The notes under the pieces: generated by a model
Databases searched by the model: none
What the model was told of the DNA's origin: nothing
The model's input: only the letters and a program-made list of their open reading frames with translations
Program-made: the position numbers and the translations under genes
Part shown: piece by piece, positions 19,889 to 30,856 of the stretch
Position numbering within the stretch: the stretch's first letter is position 1
Layout: each line of letters opens with the position of its first letter
Assembly: GCA_021463145.1 (NCBI GenBank)
Contig: JAJTWZ010000005.1
Coordinates: 54,152 to 118,151 of the forward strand
From: Blastocatellia bacterium
GTDB lineage: Bacteria > Acidobacteriota > Blastocatellia > UBA7656 > JADIYM01
Length of the DNA: 64,000 nt
Reading direction: 5' to 3'

Positions 19889-21397
19889 ATGGAGAACTTC
19901 TCGGACGGTACCCGCCGCCAGCGCACCTCGCCGGCCACCTACGAGGCTTTCCTCGAGCTGTGCCGCCTCGGCACCGTCGTGCCCGTCGTCAAGCGCGTCA
20001 CCGCCGATCTGATGACGCCGGTTTCCGCGTTCCTCAAGATTGCCGGACGCGCATCGCACGCGTTCCTTCTCGAGTCGGTCGAAGGCGGAGAGAAGGTCGC
20101 GCGCTATTCGTTCCTCGGCACACAGCCGCACATGCTGCTCCACTGCCGGGACGGTAAGGTCTGGGTGGAGGAAAACGGCGAGCGGCGCGAGGAAGACACC
20201 CCGCCACTGATCGCCATGCGCCGGCACGCGGGACGGTTCGTGCCGGTGAAGGTCGACGACCTTCCTCCGTTCTCGGGCGGCGCGGTTGGCTTCATGGGTT
20301 ACGGCGCGATCCACTGGTTCGAGAAGCTGCCGGACCGGCATCCGAACGAGACCGGCGTCGACGATGCGATCATGGCGTTCTTCGCGACCCTGGTTGCATT
20401 CGACCACGCCAGGCAGGAGATGGTCATCGTCTCGAACGTCTTCACGGAAGGCCGCAAGGAAGGCCTCGAGGCCGAATACCAGACGGCGCTCGACCGCATC
20501 GCGGAGATCGAGGCGATGCTCGAAGACCACGTCGATGTACCGCCGGATTACGAGGGCGAAAGGAACCGCACACGGTCGAACTTCCGTCGCGAGGACTTCG
20601 AAGCCGCTGTCGAACGCGCCAAGGAATACATCGCGGCCGGCGATATCTTCCAGGTCGTGCTCTCGCAGCGCATCGAGATCACAATGGGCGTGCACCCGTT
20701 CCAGGTGTATCGCGCGCTTCGCATCGTCAACCCGTCGCCGTACATGTTCTATCTGAAGCTCGGCGACACGACGTTGCTGGGAGCCTCGCCGGAAATGCTC
20801 GTTCGCTGCACTGGCCGGCGTGTTGACTACCGCCCGATCGCCGGAACCCGGCCACGGGGGGCGACCGACGTCGAGGACATGCTGCTCGGCGAGGAACTGC
20901 GCACGGACGAGAAGGAAACGGCCGAGCACATCATGCTCGTCGACCTCGGACGCAACGACCTTGGACGCGTATGCGACTACGGCAGCGTCGAAGTCACGGA
21001 ACTCATGACTGTCGAACGCTACAGCCACGTCATGCACCTCGTTTCGGGCATCAAAGGCCGGCTCCGCGCGGGCAGCGACCGGTTCGATGCGCTCGCGGCG
21101 TGTTTTCCGGCGGGGACGGTCTCCGGCGCGCCGAAACTGCGCGCGATGCAGATAATCGACGAGCTCGAGCCTGATCATCGAAGCGTCTACTCGGGCACGG
21201 TGTTCTACGTCGATTACACGGGCAATCTCGATTCGTGCATCGCGATCCGCACTCTGCTCGTGACCAACGGCAAGGCATACCTCCAGGTCGGCGCTGGAAT
21301 CGTCGCCGACTCGCAGGCAACCAACGAATACATCGAGACGATCAACAAGGCGAGAGCGATTATGCGCGCCATCGAACTGGCCGAGGAGGGACTGTGA
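19889..21397 (+). CDS. trpE: Anthranilate synthase component I
   Basis: LLESVEGG, GDIFQVVLSQR, NPSPYM, SPE, PIAGTR, EHIMLVDLGRND, FPAGTVSGAPK. Confidence 0.93.
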   Translation: MENFSDGTRRQRTSPATYEAFLELCRLGTVVPVVKRVTADLMTPVSAFLKIAGRASHAFLLESVEGGEKVARYSFLGTQPHMLLHCRDGKVWVEENGERREEDTPPLIAMRRHAGRFVPVKVDDLPPFSGGAVGFMGYGAIHWFEKLPDRHPNETGVDDAIMAFFATLVAFDHARQEMVIVSNVFTEGRKEGLEAEYQTALDRIAEIEAMLEDHVDVPPDYEGERNRTRSNFRREDFEAAVERAKEYIAAGDIFQVVLSQRIEITMGVHPFQVYRALRIVNPSPYMFYLKLGDTTLLGASPEMLVRCTGRRVDYRPIAGTRPRGATDVEDMLLGEELRTDEKETAEHIMLVDLGRNDLGRVCDYGSVEVTELMTVERYSHVMHLVSGIKGRLRAGSDRFDALAACFPAGTVSGAPKLRAMQIIDELEPDHRSVYSGTVFYVDYTGNLDSCIAIRTLLVTNGKAYLQVGAGIVADSQATNEYIETINKARAIMRAIELAEEGL

Positions 21398-22500
21398 TCG
21401 CACGACACTCCGGGTCTCGCATCGCGGCCGTCGGCCTCGCCGCGGCCTTGCTCATCGCCTTCGCGCCGTCCGTCGTGCGCGCTCAGCAGGACGCGACGAA
21501 ACTCGAAGCGTTCGTCGAGACGTCGAAGGGCGCGATCACGCTCCGGTTCTTCCCGGCCGAAGCGCCGCGCCACGTCGCTCACTTCATCGAAACGGCGAGC
21601 AAGGGCGGATTCGACGGAACGACGTTCCATCGGGCCATTCCGTACGCGATCGTTCAGGGTGGCGATCCGCTCTCGAAGGATCCCAGGAAGAAGCCGCAAT
21701 ACGGAACTGGCGGACTGAAACTCCTTCCGGACGAGACCAGTGCGATCAAGCATCTCGCCGGAGCCGTCTCTGCCGTAATGCTCGTGGATGCGGCGGGCGC
21801 GCCGATTCCTGGAAGTTCGGGCACCCAGTTCTTCATCTGCGATACCTGGCAGCAGCAACTGGACGGGAAGTTTTCCGTGTTCGCCTGGGTGGTGGACGGA
21901 ATGGACGTCGTGCGCCAGATCTCGGCACTTCCACGCATCGGCGACCGGATCGAGGAGCGCGTCACGATCACGAAGGTGACAATCCGCCCGGTGTCGCCCC
22001 CGGATCCGGAGATCGGAACTTTGAGGGTACGGCTCGACACGACGGCGGGCGAGATGGTGTGGGATCTGTTGCCGACCGCGCCCGAGAACGCGCGCAACTT
22101 CGTGCGGCTCGCCCGGTCCGGGTACTACGACGGAGCTACGATTTACCGCGCGATCGCGGGCCTGCTGATCCAGGGCGCGTCGGCGGAAGGCTGGCCCGCC
22201 GACAGTCCCAATCGCAAGCGCAGTTTCAGCATCTGGAACGTTCCCGACGAGTTCACCGCAGAGGTTCCGTTCGAACGTGGCATCGTCGGAATGGCGCACA
22301 GCGCAGCGGCCAACAGCGCGAACGTGCATTTTTTCGTGCTCGTGAACCGCGCCGCGAACCTCGACGGGAAGTACACGCCGTTTGCGAAGGTCGTGAGCGG
22401 CATCGAGATCGCCGAAGCGCTCTCCAGGCAGCCGGCGGTCGAAGAGAAACTGACGGCGCCGGTGACGATCCGCAAAGTGACGATCGAAAAGCGGCCGTAG
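21394..22500 (+). CDS. Exported tandem cyclophilin-type peptidyl-prolyl isomerase
   Basis: Signal peptide from GTG 21394 (overlaps trpE stop); two domains FDGTTFHR..QGGD..QFFI..LDGKFSVFA and YYDGATIYR..GMA..FFV..LDGKYTPFA. Confidence 0.88.
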   Translation: MIARHSGSRIAAVGLAAALLIAFAPSVVRAQQDATKLEAFVETSKGAITLRFFPAEAPRHVAHFIETASKGGFDGTTFHRAIPYAIVQGGDPLSKDPRKKPQYGTGGLKLLPDETSAIKHLAGAVSAVMLVDAAGAPIPGSSGTQFFICDTWQQQLDGKFSVFAWVVDGMDVVRQISALPRIGDRIEERVTITKVTIRPVSPPDPEIGTLRVRLDTTAGEMVWDLLPTAPENARNFVRLARSGYYDGATIYRAIAGLLIQGASAEGWPADSPNRKRSFSIWNVPDEFTAEVPFERGIVGMAHSAAANSANVHFFVLVNRAANLDGKYTPFAKVVSGIEIAEALSRQPAVEEKLTAPVTIRKVTIEKRP

Positions 22501-22614
22501 CGGGACGATCGGAGCCGGGAGCGATGGCAACCGGGTAAGAACGCGGCCCGCTCTTCGTGGCTGCATCCTGGTGTCCGGTCGCGCCGCACCGGAGCGCCCT
22601 CCGGCCACGAATCG

Positions 22615-22818
22615 TCAGCGGCCGCGCGCCACTTCGCGCCACTTCGCCCGGAGCAGGTCCGCCTGGAACCGCGCTTCCGCCGCGCGACGTTCGTGCTTGA
22701 GCGCGCGCTTCCATTGACGTACCGCCTCACGGCTCGATCGCGCCATCAAGATGAATATCTGCGTGGTCGCAGCGCCGAGAATCGCCAGTCCAGCTATGGT
22801 GAGTATGTTCTGCCACAC
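22615..22818 (-). CDS. Small single-TM hypothetical protein (67 aa)
   Basis: SD AGGAGG before GTG 22818; hydrophobic N-terminus, basic helical tail. Confidence 0.55.
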   Translation of the reverse strand: MWQNILTIAGLAILGAATTQIFILMARSSREAVRQWKRALKHERRAAEARFQADLLRAKWREVARGR

Positions 22819-23008
22819 GACGGCCACCTCCTGAATGGCGGCCGCTACTGCGAACCGCGTGCCAGTCAACTCGGCCGGCAATTTCAGGGAAATGGCGCAC
22901 GATGCCCCGACTTTCTTCACCTGTCGTGAAGAAAATCCTCACTCTCGAGCGCGGCTGGCTGGATCGAAGAGCCGTCAATCACGCGCCGCGCCGCTCACCT
23001 GGAAACGT

Positions 23009-23524
23009 CTAGCGCTCCCGCTCTTCGACCACTGGAGAAGCGTAGTCTCCCAGACGCGATGTCGTGTGCTCGACGACGCTGCCCACCGGATGCCGATACG
23101 AAGGAGCTGGCAGCGCAGCCTGTTGCGCCGGCGAAGAAACGGCGGCAGACGTCGTGACGGAAGGCGCAAGTGGCGAGCCCTTCCTGCCCGACAGGAGCCC
23201 CAGCAACATCCGGATGATCATGACAAGGCCGAAAACGCCGAATCCCGCCGCGAAGAAGATCACCGGCACTATCGCGCCTCCAATCTGCGGCGCAAGGATG
23301 TCGGACAGGGCCAGCACAGCGCCAAAGATCGTCACGAATCCGACGACTCCGATGATCGCCACGACGGAGAGAACCCCGCCAACGTGGCGTGGTCCAATAA
23401 GCGACGACGTGTCCTGCCCTAACGGCTGCGTGAGCGCCGTCCTGAGCACTTCCAGATTCGCTCCGCACCTGCTGCAGTAGCGCGTCGTGTCCAGATTTTG
23501 CGTGCCGCAGTCTATGCAGTGCAT
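23009..23524 (-). CDS. Zinc-ribbon two-TM membrane protein
   Basis: MHCIDCG..YCSRCG; two hydrophobic helices; C-terminal SVVEHTT motif; SD GGAGG. Confidence 0.75.
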   Translation of the reverse strand: MHCIDCGTQNLDTTRYCSRCGANLEVLRTALTQPLGQDTSSLIGPRHVGGVLSVVAIIGVVGFVTIFGAVLALSDILAPQIGGAIVPVIFFAAGFGVFGLVMIIRMLLGLLSGRKGSPLAPSVTTSAAVSSPAQQAALPAPSYRHPVGSVVEHTTSRLGDYASPVVEERER

Positions 23525-23673
23525 GGTAGAGGAACCTCCGGCTGGAGCCTGCTGATCGTCAGAAGCGCTCCTACGCTTTGCGGAGACCATAGGTTCAACC
23601 CGGCGTGCTGTCAAACCATGCGTCCCCGGCCGCTTTGCGTTCCCGGCGGATGTGGATTTAGGATCACGCGGAC

Positions 23674-24258
23674 ATGCTGCTCGTCATAGACAACTACGAT
23701 TCGTTCACCTACAACCTCGTCCAGTATCTCGGCGAACTGCGGGCCGATCCGCACGTGGTGCGCAACGACGCCATCGGTCTCGAGGAGATCGCAATCAAGG
23801 CGCCCTCGCACATCCTCATCTCGCCTGGACCCGGCACGCCGGAAAAGGCAGGCATCTGCCTCGACATCGTTCTGACATTTGCGAAGACGACGCCGATACT
23901 GGGGGTCTGCCTCGGCCATCAGGCGATCGGACAGGCATATGGAGCCAAGGTCGTCCGGGCGCCGTACCTGATGCACGGCAAGACCAGCGAAATCTGTCAC
24001 GATGGCAACTCCATCTTCGAGGGCTTGCCCTACCGCTTTCCGGCGACGCGATATCACTCGCTGGTCGTCGACCGAGAGTCGATTCCCGATTGCCTCGAGG
24101 TCTCGGCGACTACGCCCGACGGTGTCGTAATGGGCCTCCGACATCGCGAGTACCCCTGCGAAGGCGTTCAGTTCCACCCCGAGTCCATCATGACGGCGCA
24201 CGGCAAGCAGATGTTGACGAACTTCCTGAAGCGCACGGGGACCGGCCCGCTCGCGTGA
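23674..24258 (+). CDS. trpG: Anthranilate synthase component II (glutamine amidotransferase)
   Basis: [34 protein letters not shown]. Confidence 0.93.
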   Translation: MLLVIDNYDSFTYNLVQYLGELRADPHVVRNDAIGLEEIAIKAPSHILISPGPGTPEKAGICLDIVLTFAKTTPILGVCLGHQAIGQAYGAKVVRAPYLMHGKTSEICHDGNSIFEGLPYRFPATRYHSLVVDRESIPDCLEVSATTPDGVVMGLRHREYPCEGVQFHPESIMTAHGKQMLTNFLKRTGTGPLA

Positions 24259-25283
24259 TTTCCGTTCTGCTTGCACGGCTGGCCGCGCGCGAGGATCTGA
24301 CTCGCGAGGAAGCGGCGAATCTAGTCGCGTGCCTCGTCGACGAATCCGTATCGGAAGCTCAGGTGGGAGCGGCACTCGTCGCGCTTTCCATGAAGGGCGA
24401 GACCGTGGATGAGCTCGCCGGTCTCGCCGAAGCTCTTCGCGAACGGGCAATTCCGGTCCGCACGCGCCACAGCCTGTTTCTCGACACCGCCGGCACCGGA
24501 GGCGACGGTTCGGGGACGTTCAACATTTCGACGACGGCCGCCTTCGTCATTGCGGCCGCCGGGCTGCCGGTGGCGAAGCACGGCAACCGGGCTGCTTCGT
24601 CGCGGTCGGGCAGTGCCGACGTTCTCGCGGCCCTCGGCGTTTCGATCGATGCGGACGCCGACACGGCCGGCGCGTGCCTGGACGACATCGGGATCTGCTT
24701 CATGTTTGCTCCGCACTTCCATTCCGCAACGCGCCGTGTCGCGCAGGTTCGCCGCGAACTGGGCATACGGACCGCGTTCAACCTGCTCGGGCCGCTTACG
24801 AATCCGGCTCGCGCGCCGCGACAGATAATCGGGGTTGGAGCCGCTTCCGCGGTCGGCCGGATGGCGGAAGTCGCAGCGAGGCTCGGGACCGAACGGGCGT
24901 GGATACTTCACGGGGACGGACTTGACGAGCTGTCGATCAGCGGACCCACAACGGTAGCCGAAGTTCGCGACGGTGCGATTACGGGCGTACGGGAAGTCTG
25001 CCCCGAGGACGCCGGCCTGCGGCGCGCGTCGGCTGACTCCTGCGCCGGTGGCACTCCGGAAGAGAACGCGGCCGTGCTCGAGGCGATCCTCGACGGCCGG
25101 ATCCGCGACGCGCGACGCGACATCACCGTGCTGAATGCCGCCGCCGGCCTCGTCGTCGGAGATATCGAGAACACGCTCTCCGGCGCCGCGCGCCGCGCCG
25201 AAGCCGCAATCGATTCGGGCGCCGCCCGCCGTCTGCTCGACGCCCAACGCCAGTGGCGTAGAGATCGGAGCCGCGAGCGATAA
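24255..25283 (+). CDS. trpD: Anthranilate phosphoribosyltransferase
   Basis: [37 protein letters not shown]; GTG 24255 overlaps trpG stop. Confidence 0.93.
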   Translation: MISVLLARLAAREDLTREEAANLVACLVDESVSEAQVGAALVALSMKGETVDELAGLAEALRERAIPVRTRHSLFLDTAGTGGDGSGTFNISTTAAFVIAAAGLPVAKHGNRAASSRSGSADVLAALGVSIDADADTAGACLDDIGICFMFAPHFHSATRRVAQVRRELGIRTAFNLLGPLTNPARAPRQIIGVGAASAVGRMAEVAARLGTERAWILHGDGLDELSISGPTTVAEVRDGAITGVREVCPEDAGLRRASADSCAGGTPEENAAVLEAILDGRIRDARRDITVLNAAAGLVVGDIENTLSGAARRAEAAIDSGAARRLLDAQRQWRRDRSRER

Positions 25284-25389
25284 GGACCGGGTCGAGGCTC
25301 TGTAACGCCACGGCACCCGTATCTGCTGACGACCCGGACGCCATCCCTCCCGGCTCCGATCGTTCCACTGCGCTACAATCGGCTGCGCA

Positions 25390-27264
25390 ATGCTCGCGGA
25401 AGGGACGGTTCTCCAGAATCGCTACACCATCCTGCGCCACCTTGCCTCGGGAGGCATGGGCGCGGTGTACATCGCCAGGGACGGCAGGTTTCGGAACACC
25501 GTCGCCGTCAAGCAGGCCTTCTTCACGAGCGGCGATTCCGCTCACGCGTTCGAACGAGAAGCGCGGCTGCTGCGAAACCTCCGTCATCCTGCGCTTCCAG
25601 GCGTCATCGACTTCTTCGAGGAAGAAGGATCCTCTTACCTCGTCATGGACTATGTCGAAGGAGACGACCTCTGGGTCATCCTTCGCCATCGCCGCGACAA
25701 CGGTCTCGGTCCGTTCCCTCACGGCGCGGTGGTTTCGTGGGGAGACCAGGTTCTCGACGCGCTCGAGTTCCTCCATCGACACGACCCACCCATCCTCCAT
25801 CGCGACATCAAGCCTCAGAACCTGAAGCTCACGACGGACGGACGCGTCATCCTTCTCGACTTCGGATTGTCGAAGGGTGCCGCGGGCGAGATGTCCAGAA
25901 CGGTCAACGACGAGAGCCTGTCTGGATTTACGCCGAGTTACTCGTCGCCGGAGCAGATGCGAGGGGAAGGCACGACCGTCAGAAGCGACCTCTTCTCGCT
26001 CGCGGCGACGATGTACCACCTCCTGACCGGCTCCAAGCCCGTGGATGCGAACAGGCGCAGGATCGGGGAGAGCAAGTCCGGAACGGATCCCGTCGAACCG
26101 GTCGATGCACTCAATCCATCGGTTCCGGCGAAGCTAGCCCGCGTCATCGAGCGAGCAATGCAACTCGATCCAGCCGCGCGTTTCGCTTCGGCCGACGACA
26201 TGCGCCAGGCTCTTGCGGAAGCGCTGCCCGACCCGGACGAGATGTTGCGCGTGCTCGAGGACGTAATGGAGCAGATTCCCGAGCCTCCCCTTGCTCCCGG
26301 CGCCGACGAGCTCGCAACAGTGCAACCCGGCGCCTCGGGCGGCACGAAACGTCCTGGCCAACCGGATGGCGGCGCATCCCCTGTCATCGCTGCGCTGAAC
26401 GAAGACAGACGAAGGCTCGAGATGCGAATGTGGATCGCCGTTGGCATCGCCGTGGTTGCACTCGTCCTGTCGACAGGCCTGTTGCTGCGGTGGCTGCAAT
26501 ACAAGCCTCTGATCGACGAACAGATCGCCGCGTCGGAAACCAACGCGCGCGGGACACGGCCGGAGGGTGCGTCCGGCGGCCCGGCGAACCTTACCGTTGA
26601 CCTCGGCGACGGCGCGTCGATCACGATGGTGAGAGTCCCGGCCGGCTCGTTCGTAATGGGGTCCCAGACCGCCGACAGCGACGAACGGCCGCCGCATCGC
26701 GTTACGATCGTGGGCGCGTTCGACATCTCCACCTGCGAGATCACGCAGGCGCAGTGGCTGCGCCTCATGCCTGCCAATCCTTCGCCGACTGCAGGTGCGG
26801 ACCTGCCCGTTTCGAATGTTTCCTGGGTAGAAGCACAGCAGTTCGTCGACGCACTGAACAAGTTGGCGGGCGGCGCGCATTTCCGCCTTCCGACCGAGGC
26901 CGAGTGGGAGTATGCGTGCCGCGCCGGTACGACGGGCGACTACGCTGGGGACCTCGATGCGATGGCGTGGCACGCCGGAACGTCAGGCGATCGTGTCCAG
27001 CCAGCCGGCAAGCGAGCGCCCAATGCGTGGGGCGTCTTCGACATGCACGGCAACGTCTGGGAGTGGTGCTCGGACGTCTACGGTCCGTATCCAAAGGGTG
27101 ACGTCACCGATCCCACCGGTCCGGCCGTTGGCCCGTACCGAGTCGTCCGGGGCGGTGCATTCGACGAACCTGGCGAGGGTTGCCGGTCGTCGAACCGCAA
27201 CCTCGAGCCCGGCGGCAAGCGTGACGCAACGATCGGCCTTCGGATCGTGCGCGTCGCGCCGTGA
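25390..27264 (+). CDS. Ser/Thr kinase with TM and C-terminal FGE-sulfatase (SUMF1/C-lectin fold) domain
   Basis: GGMGAVY, HRDIKPQN, DFG; TM; RLPTEAEWEYACRAG, DMHGNVWEWC, RVVRGGAF, IGLRIVR. Confidence 0.92.
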   Translation: MLAEGTVLQNRYTILRHLASGGMGAVYIARDGRFRNTVAVKQAFFTSGDSAHAFEREARLLRNLRHPALPGVIDFFEEEGSSYLVMDYVEGDDLWVILRHRRDNGLGPFPHGAVVSWGDQVLDALEFLHRHDPPILHRDIKPQNLKLTTDGRVILLDFGLSKGAAGEMSRTVNDESLSGFTPSYSSPEQMRGEGTTVRSDLFSLAATMYHLLTGSKPVDANRRRIGESKSGTDPVEPVDALNPSVPAKLARVIERAMQLDPAARFASADDMRQALAEALPDPDEMLRVLEDVMEQIPEPPLAPGADELATVQPGASGGTKRPGQPDGGASPVIAALNEDRRRLEMRMWIAVGIAVVALVLSTGLLLRWLQYKPLIDEQIAASETNARGTRPEGASGGPANLTVDLGDGASITMVRVPAGSFVMGSQTADSDERPPHRVTIVGAFDISTCEITQAQWLRLMPANPSPTAGADLPVSNVSWVEAQQFVDALNKLAGGAHFRLPTEAEWEYACRAGTTGDYAGDLDAMAWHAGTSGDRVQPAGKRAPNAWGVFDMHGNVWEWCSDVYGPYPKGDVTDPTGPAVGPYRVVRGGAFDEPGEGCRSSNRNLEPGGKRDATIGLRIVRVAP

Positions 27265-27494
27265 CGGGATCCGGATTGCGGTTCGCTTGCTGGGTGTATG
27301 CCGGCACGTGCCGGAAAGGCGCGCGATTGGTGAGCGTGCCCAGGCCGGACGGTCACGGCTCCGGATCACCGTAGATGACGCTGGCGAAGTCGCGCGTGGT
27401 GAGTGTCAGCGGGTACGCGGTCCGCGGCCGAATCGATTCCCGGTGAGTGGCGGCGTCGCCCGGGGCCCGACCCTTCCGGTATCCTACCGGGGCG

Positions 27495-28292
27495 ATGCGA
27501 CCAACAGCCGGAGCCGACATTCTTCGTCAGATCCTCGAGCGGAAGGCCGAGCGCCTCGACGCCGCGCGCCGCAATCGCCCGCTCGCCGACCTCGAACGGG
27601 CGATCGCAGACGGACGTCCCCACGCGTCATCGAGTTTCGGCGAACGTCTCGCCCGGCCCGATACCGTGAACGTCATCGCCGAGGTGAAGCGACGGTCTCC
27701 GTCACGCGGCGTTATCCGCGACGACCTGGATCCTGTCGACGTGGCCGCTGCCTACGCCGAGTGCGCGGCGGCGATCTCCGTTCTCACCGAGGAAGACTTC
27801 TTCGGGGGCTCGCTCGACGTGCTGCGCGCCATCCGCGCTCGCGTCGACGTGCCCCTCCTGCGTAAGGACTTCCTCTTCGATCGCTACCAGCTTTTCGAGG
27901 CGGCGGAAGCCGGCGCAGACGCCATTCTACTCATCGCAGCCGCACTCGAGCCGTCGCTAATGGCCGACCTTCGTGACGAGGCCGTCTCGCTGGGCCTCGA
28001 CGTTCTCATCGAAGTACACAGCGCAGCCGAACTCGAGGCCGTGGTACACTGCGGACACTCGCTCATTGGCGTCAACAATCGTGATCTGTCGACGTTCGCG
28101 GTCGACCTCGAGACTTCGTACTCCCTGTCGAGGATCGCGCCTATCGATGCCATTCTCGTGAGCGAGAGCGGACTCGAATCGCGTGAGAAGATTGACGCAC
28201 TGCGGGAAGCCGGATTTCGGGCATTTCTAGTCGGAGAGCACCTGATGCGCTCCGAAGATCCAGGACTGGCCTTACGCGCCCTTGTCGAGTGA
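27495..28292 (+). CDS. trpC: Indole-3-glycerol phosphate synthase
   Basis: IAEVKRRSPS, SVLTE, LRKDF, GVNNRDL, SESG, LVGE. Confidence 0.95.
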   Translation: MRPTAGADILRQILERKAERLDAARRNRPLADLERAIADGRPHASSSFGERLARPDTVNVIAEVKRRSPSRGVIRDDLDPVDVAAAYAECAAAISVLTEEDFFGGSLDVLRAIRARVDVPLLRKDFLFDRYQLFEAAEAGADAILLIAAALEPSLMADLRDEAVSLGLDVLIEVHSAAELEAVVHCGHSLIGVNNRDLSTFAVDLETSYSLSRIAPIDAILVSESGLESREKIDALREAGFRAFLVGEHLMRSEDPGLALRALVE

Positions 28293-28298
28293 GTTCTG

Positions 28299-28979
28299 AT
28301 GGCAGTCAAGGTCAAGATCTGCGGCAACACGTCATACGAAGACGCGGCCTTTGCCCTGGACTGCGGGGCGGATGCCGTCGGCTTCGTCTTCTATGAGAAG
28401 AGCACGCGCCACGTCGCTCCGTCGACGGTAGCCGAGATCGCGCGCAAGCTGCCCCCGTTTGCGGTGAAGGTCGGCGTATTCGTCAACGAGTTCGACCTGG
28501 CAGTCGTGCGGTCGATCGCCGAGATGTGCCACCTGAACGTCATCCAGTTGCACGGCGGCGAATCTCCGGAGTATTGCTCGCGGCTCGCCGACTTCACCGT
28601 CGTCAAGGCCCTGCGAGTCAACGACGAGTTCGATCCTGCGCACGTTCGCGACTTTCCCGTGCCCGCGATCCTCCTTGATGCCTACGATGCCGACACCTAC
28701 GGCGGCACCGGCCGGCTTTTCGACTGGAACAAGGCAGTGGCGGCCAAACAGTACGCCTCCAGTCTCATCCTTGCCGGCGGACTCAATCCCGAAAACGTCG
28801 CACAGGCCATCAAGCTCGTGAAGCCTTACGGCATCGACGTCTGCAGCGGGGTCGAGACGAAGCCAGGGCAGAAGGACAAGCAGCTCGTCCGCTCCTTCCT
28901 GAACGAAGCCGAGAAGGCGAGAGGCGAGGCCGGAAAGACGGGATCGCTGCGCCAGGCGGGCGAGTGGTTCAGTGGGTAA
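28299..28979 (+). CDS. trpF: Phosphoribosylanthranilate isomerase
   Basis: VKICG, QLHG, LLD, GGTG..FDW, LAGGL, DVCSGVE. Confidence 0.95.
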   Translation: MAVKVKICGNTSYEDAAFALDCGADAVGFVFYEKSTRHVAPSTVAEIARKLPPFAVKVGVFVNEFDLAVVRSIAEMCHLNVIQLHGGESPEYCSRLADFTVVKALRVNDEFDPAHVRDFPVPAILLDAYDADTYGGTGRLFDWNKAVAAKQYASSLILAGGLNPENVAQAIKLVKPYGIDVCSGVETKPGQKDKQLVRSFLNEAEKARGEAGKTGSLRQAGEWFSG

Positions 28980-29015
28980 CGTCGCACCGGTGTGGCGCGT
29001 GAGAACGGTGTTGAG

Positions 29016-29633
29016 ATGACGGCGATCGGCGTGCTCATCTCGGGCCGCGGCTCGAACATGCTCGCGATCCTGGACGCGATAGATTCGGGACGGATTCCGG
29101 CTCGCGTCGAATGCGTCATCAGCAACGTGCCCGATGCACCCGGCCTCGGACACGCCCGCGAGCGCGGGCTCCACGCCATCGCGCTCGACCACCGCGGTCT
29201 CACGCGCGAAGCGCACGACCGTCGCATGCACGGAGCGCTCGCGGAACGAGGCGTCGACCTCGTTTGCCTGGCTGGCTACATGCGCCTACTCAGCCCGTTC
29301 TTCATCCGCAGCTTCCCGAACCGGATCCTCAATATCCACCCGTCGCTGCTGCCCGCCTTCCCCGGTCTCGCGGCCCAGCGACAGGCGCTCGACTACGGCG
29401 TCAAGGTTGCCGGCTGCACCGTCCACATCGTGGACGAAGAGCTCGATCACGGGCCGATCGTTCTGCAGCGCACCGTCGAAGTGCGCGATTCCGACACCGA
29501 GGCGTCGCTTGCCGAGCGAATACTCGCCGAAGAGCACATCGCCTATCCCGAGGCATTGCGGCTCTTCGCAACCGGACGAGTTCGCGTCGCCGGGCGCAAG
29601 GTCGTCCATACCGGCCCGCCGGCAGCCGGATGA
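29016..29633 (+). CDS. purN: Phosphoribosylglycinamide formyltransferase
   Basis: SGRGSN, LAGYMR, NIHPSLLP, GCTVH, LDHGPI. Confidence 0.95.
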   Translation: MTAIGVLISGRGSNMLAILDAIDSGRIPARVECVISNVPDAPGLGHARERGLHAIALDHRGLTREAHDRRMHGALAERGVDLVCLAGYMRLLSPFFIRSFPNRILNIHPSLLPAFPGLAAQRQALDYGVKVAGCTVHIVDEELDHGPIVLQRTVEVRDSDTEASLAERILAEEHIAYPEALRLFATGRVRVAGRKVVHTGPPAAG

Positions 29634-30775
29634 TGGCGCGCCCGTCGTTCGCCATCGTCGGAGGCGGACCGTCCGGCAGCGTAGCCGCGGCCGAACTCGC
29701 GAGCGCCGGTTTCGCGGTCACGCTCTTCGAACCGAAAGGAGCGTGGGAGAAACCTTGCGGCGGCGGCGTCACCACCAAGGCCCTGGAGCGTTACTCGTGG
29801 CTCCTCGACGATCCGTCCTGGCCGTCTCAGCCCATCGATCGGATTGCTTTGCTTTCTCCGGGAGGCCGGCGACTCGAGATGGAACTCGACCGGCCGTTCC
29901 GCATCTTCGACCGCCGACGGCTGAACGGGCTGTTGCTGGAGCGCGCGCGCAATGCCGGCGCTGACATCGCCGGCGAAGCCGTCTCGGCCTTCGAGCGTAC
30001 GAACTCGGGCTGGAAGGTCTCGACGCGCACGCGGTCGATCGATGCCGGGATTCTGGTTGGCGCCGACGGCGCCGGAAGCGTAGTGCGGCGCGACCTGGCC
30101 GGGCGTTTCCGTCCGGACGATGTCGCTCTCACCGTCGGCTACAACGCTCCACCCGCTGCCTCGCGTTCTCTTGCGACGGTCGAGATCGAATTCCCGCCGG
30201 GGCTGACCGGTTACGTGTGGGCGTTCCCTCGAACGGATCACGTCAACTTCGGCGTAATCAACCGGTTGAACGAACGGCCGGCGGCTGAACTGAAAGCGCT
30301 ACTCCACAACTTCATGGGGCGTTACTACGACGGTCCCATTCCCGAGACGGCCGAATTCTACGGCGCAAAGGTGCCGATGCTCGGGCACGGGGCCTGGCGG
30401 TCGGTGCGCGCGACCGGCGACGGATGGGCGCTCATCGGCGACGCGGCCGGGTTCGTGGATCCGATCACGGGCGAAGGAATCTACTTCGCGATCCGCTCGG
30501 GGGAACTGCTCGCCGGCAGCTTCGTGAACGGTACCGGGCTTGCCGAATACGACCGCGCCTGGTTCGAGGACTTCGGCGAAGACCTCGAAGTTGCGTCGAA
30601 GTATCTGGACCGCTTCTACCGCGGACGATTCCTCGGGGCACCGGTCATCGACCGGGCGGTGTGGTTCTCTGCACGCCACGCGGGCTTTCGTCGCGTGATG
30701 GCGCGAGCGCTCGGCGGCGAACAGAGCTACCTGACCCTCAAGCGGGACCTCGTGTCGAATGCGTTTCGCTTCTGA
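29630..30775 (+). CDS. Geranylgeranyl reductase-family FAD oxidoreductase
   Basis: IVGGGPSG, KPCGGG, GADG, GYVWAFP, IGDAAG..DPITGEGI; ATGA overlap with purN. Confidence 0.85.
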   Translation: MMARPSFAIVGGGPSGSVAAAELASAGFAVTLFEPKGAWEKPCGGGVTTKALERYSWLLDDPSWPSQPIDRIALLSPGGRRLEMELDRPFRIFDRRRLNGLLLERARNAGADIAGEAVSAFERTNSGWKVSTRTRSIDAGILVGADGAGSVVRRDLAGRFRPDDVALTVGYNAPPAASRSLATVEIEFPPGLTGYVWAFPRTDHVNFGVINRLNERPAAELKALLHNFMGRYYDGPIPETAEFYGAKVPMLGHGAWRSVRATGDGWALIGDAAGFVDPITGEGIYFAIRSGELLAGSFVNGTGLAEYDRAWFEDFGEDLEVASKYLDRFYRGRFLGAPVIDRAVWFSARHAGFRRVMARALGGEQSYLTLKRDLVSNAFRF

Positions 30776-30856
30776 TTTCCTCCCACTCTCTTCTCGTTGC
30801 CCCCGCGACTTTCGTATACTGGCCGTCGCGTCCGTTCGCCGGACGCTGGAGGGGCA

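Noticed and set aside
22624-22648. 10-bp tandem duplication CGCGCCACTT
   Set aside because: Only two copies in GC-rich DNA; no evidence of function
26580-27490. FGE/C-lectin C-terminus as a possible diversity-generating retroelement target
   Set aside because: I saw no template-repeat copy of the 3' end and no reverse transcriptase in the window
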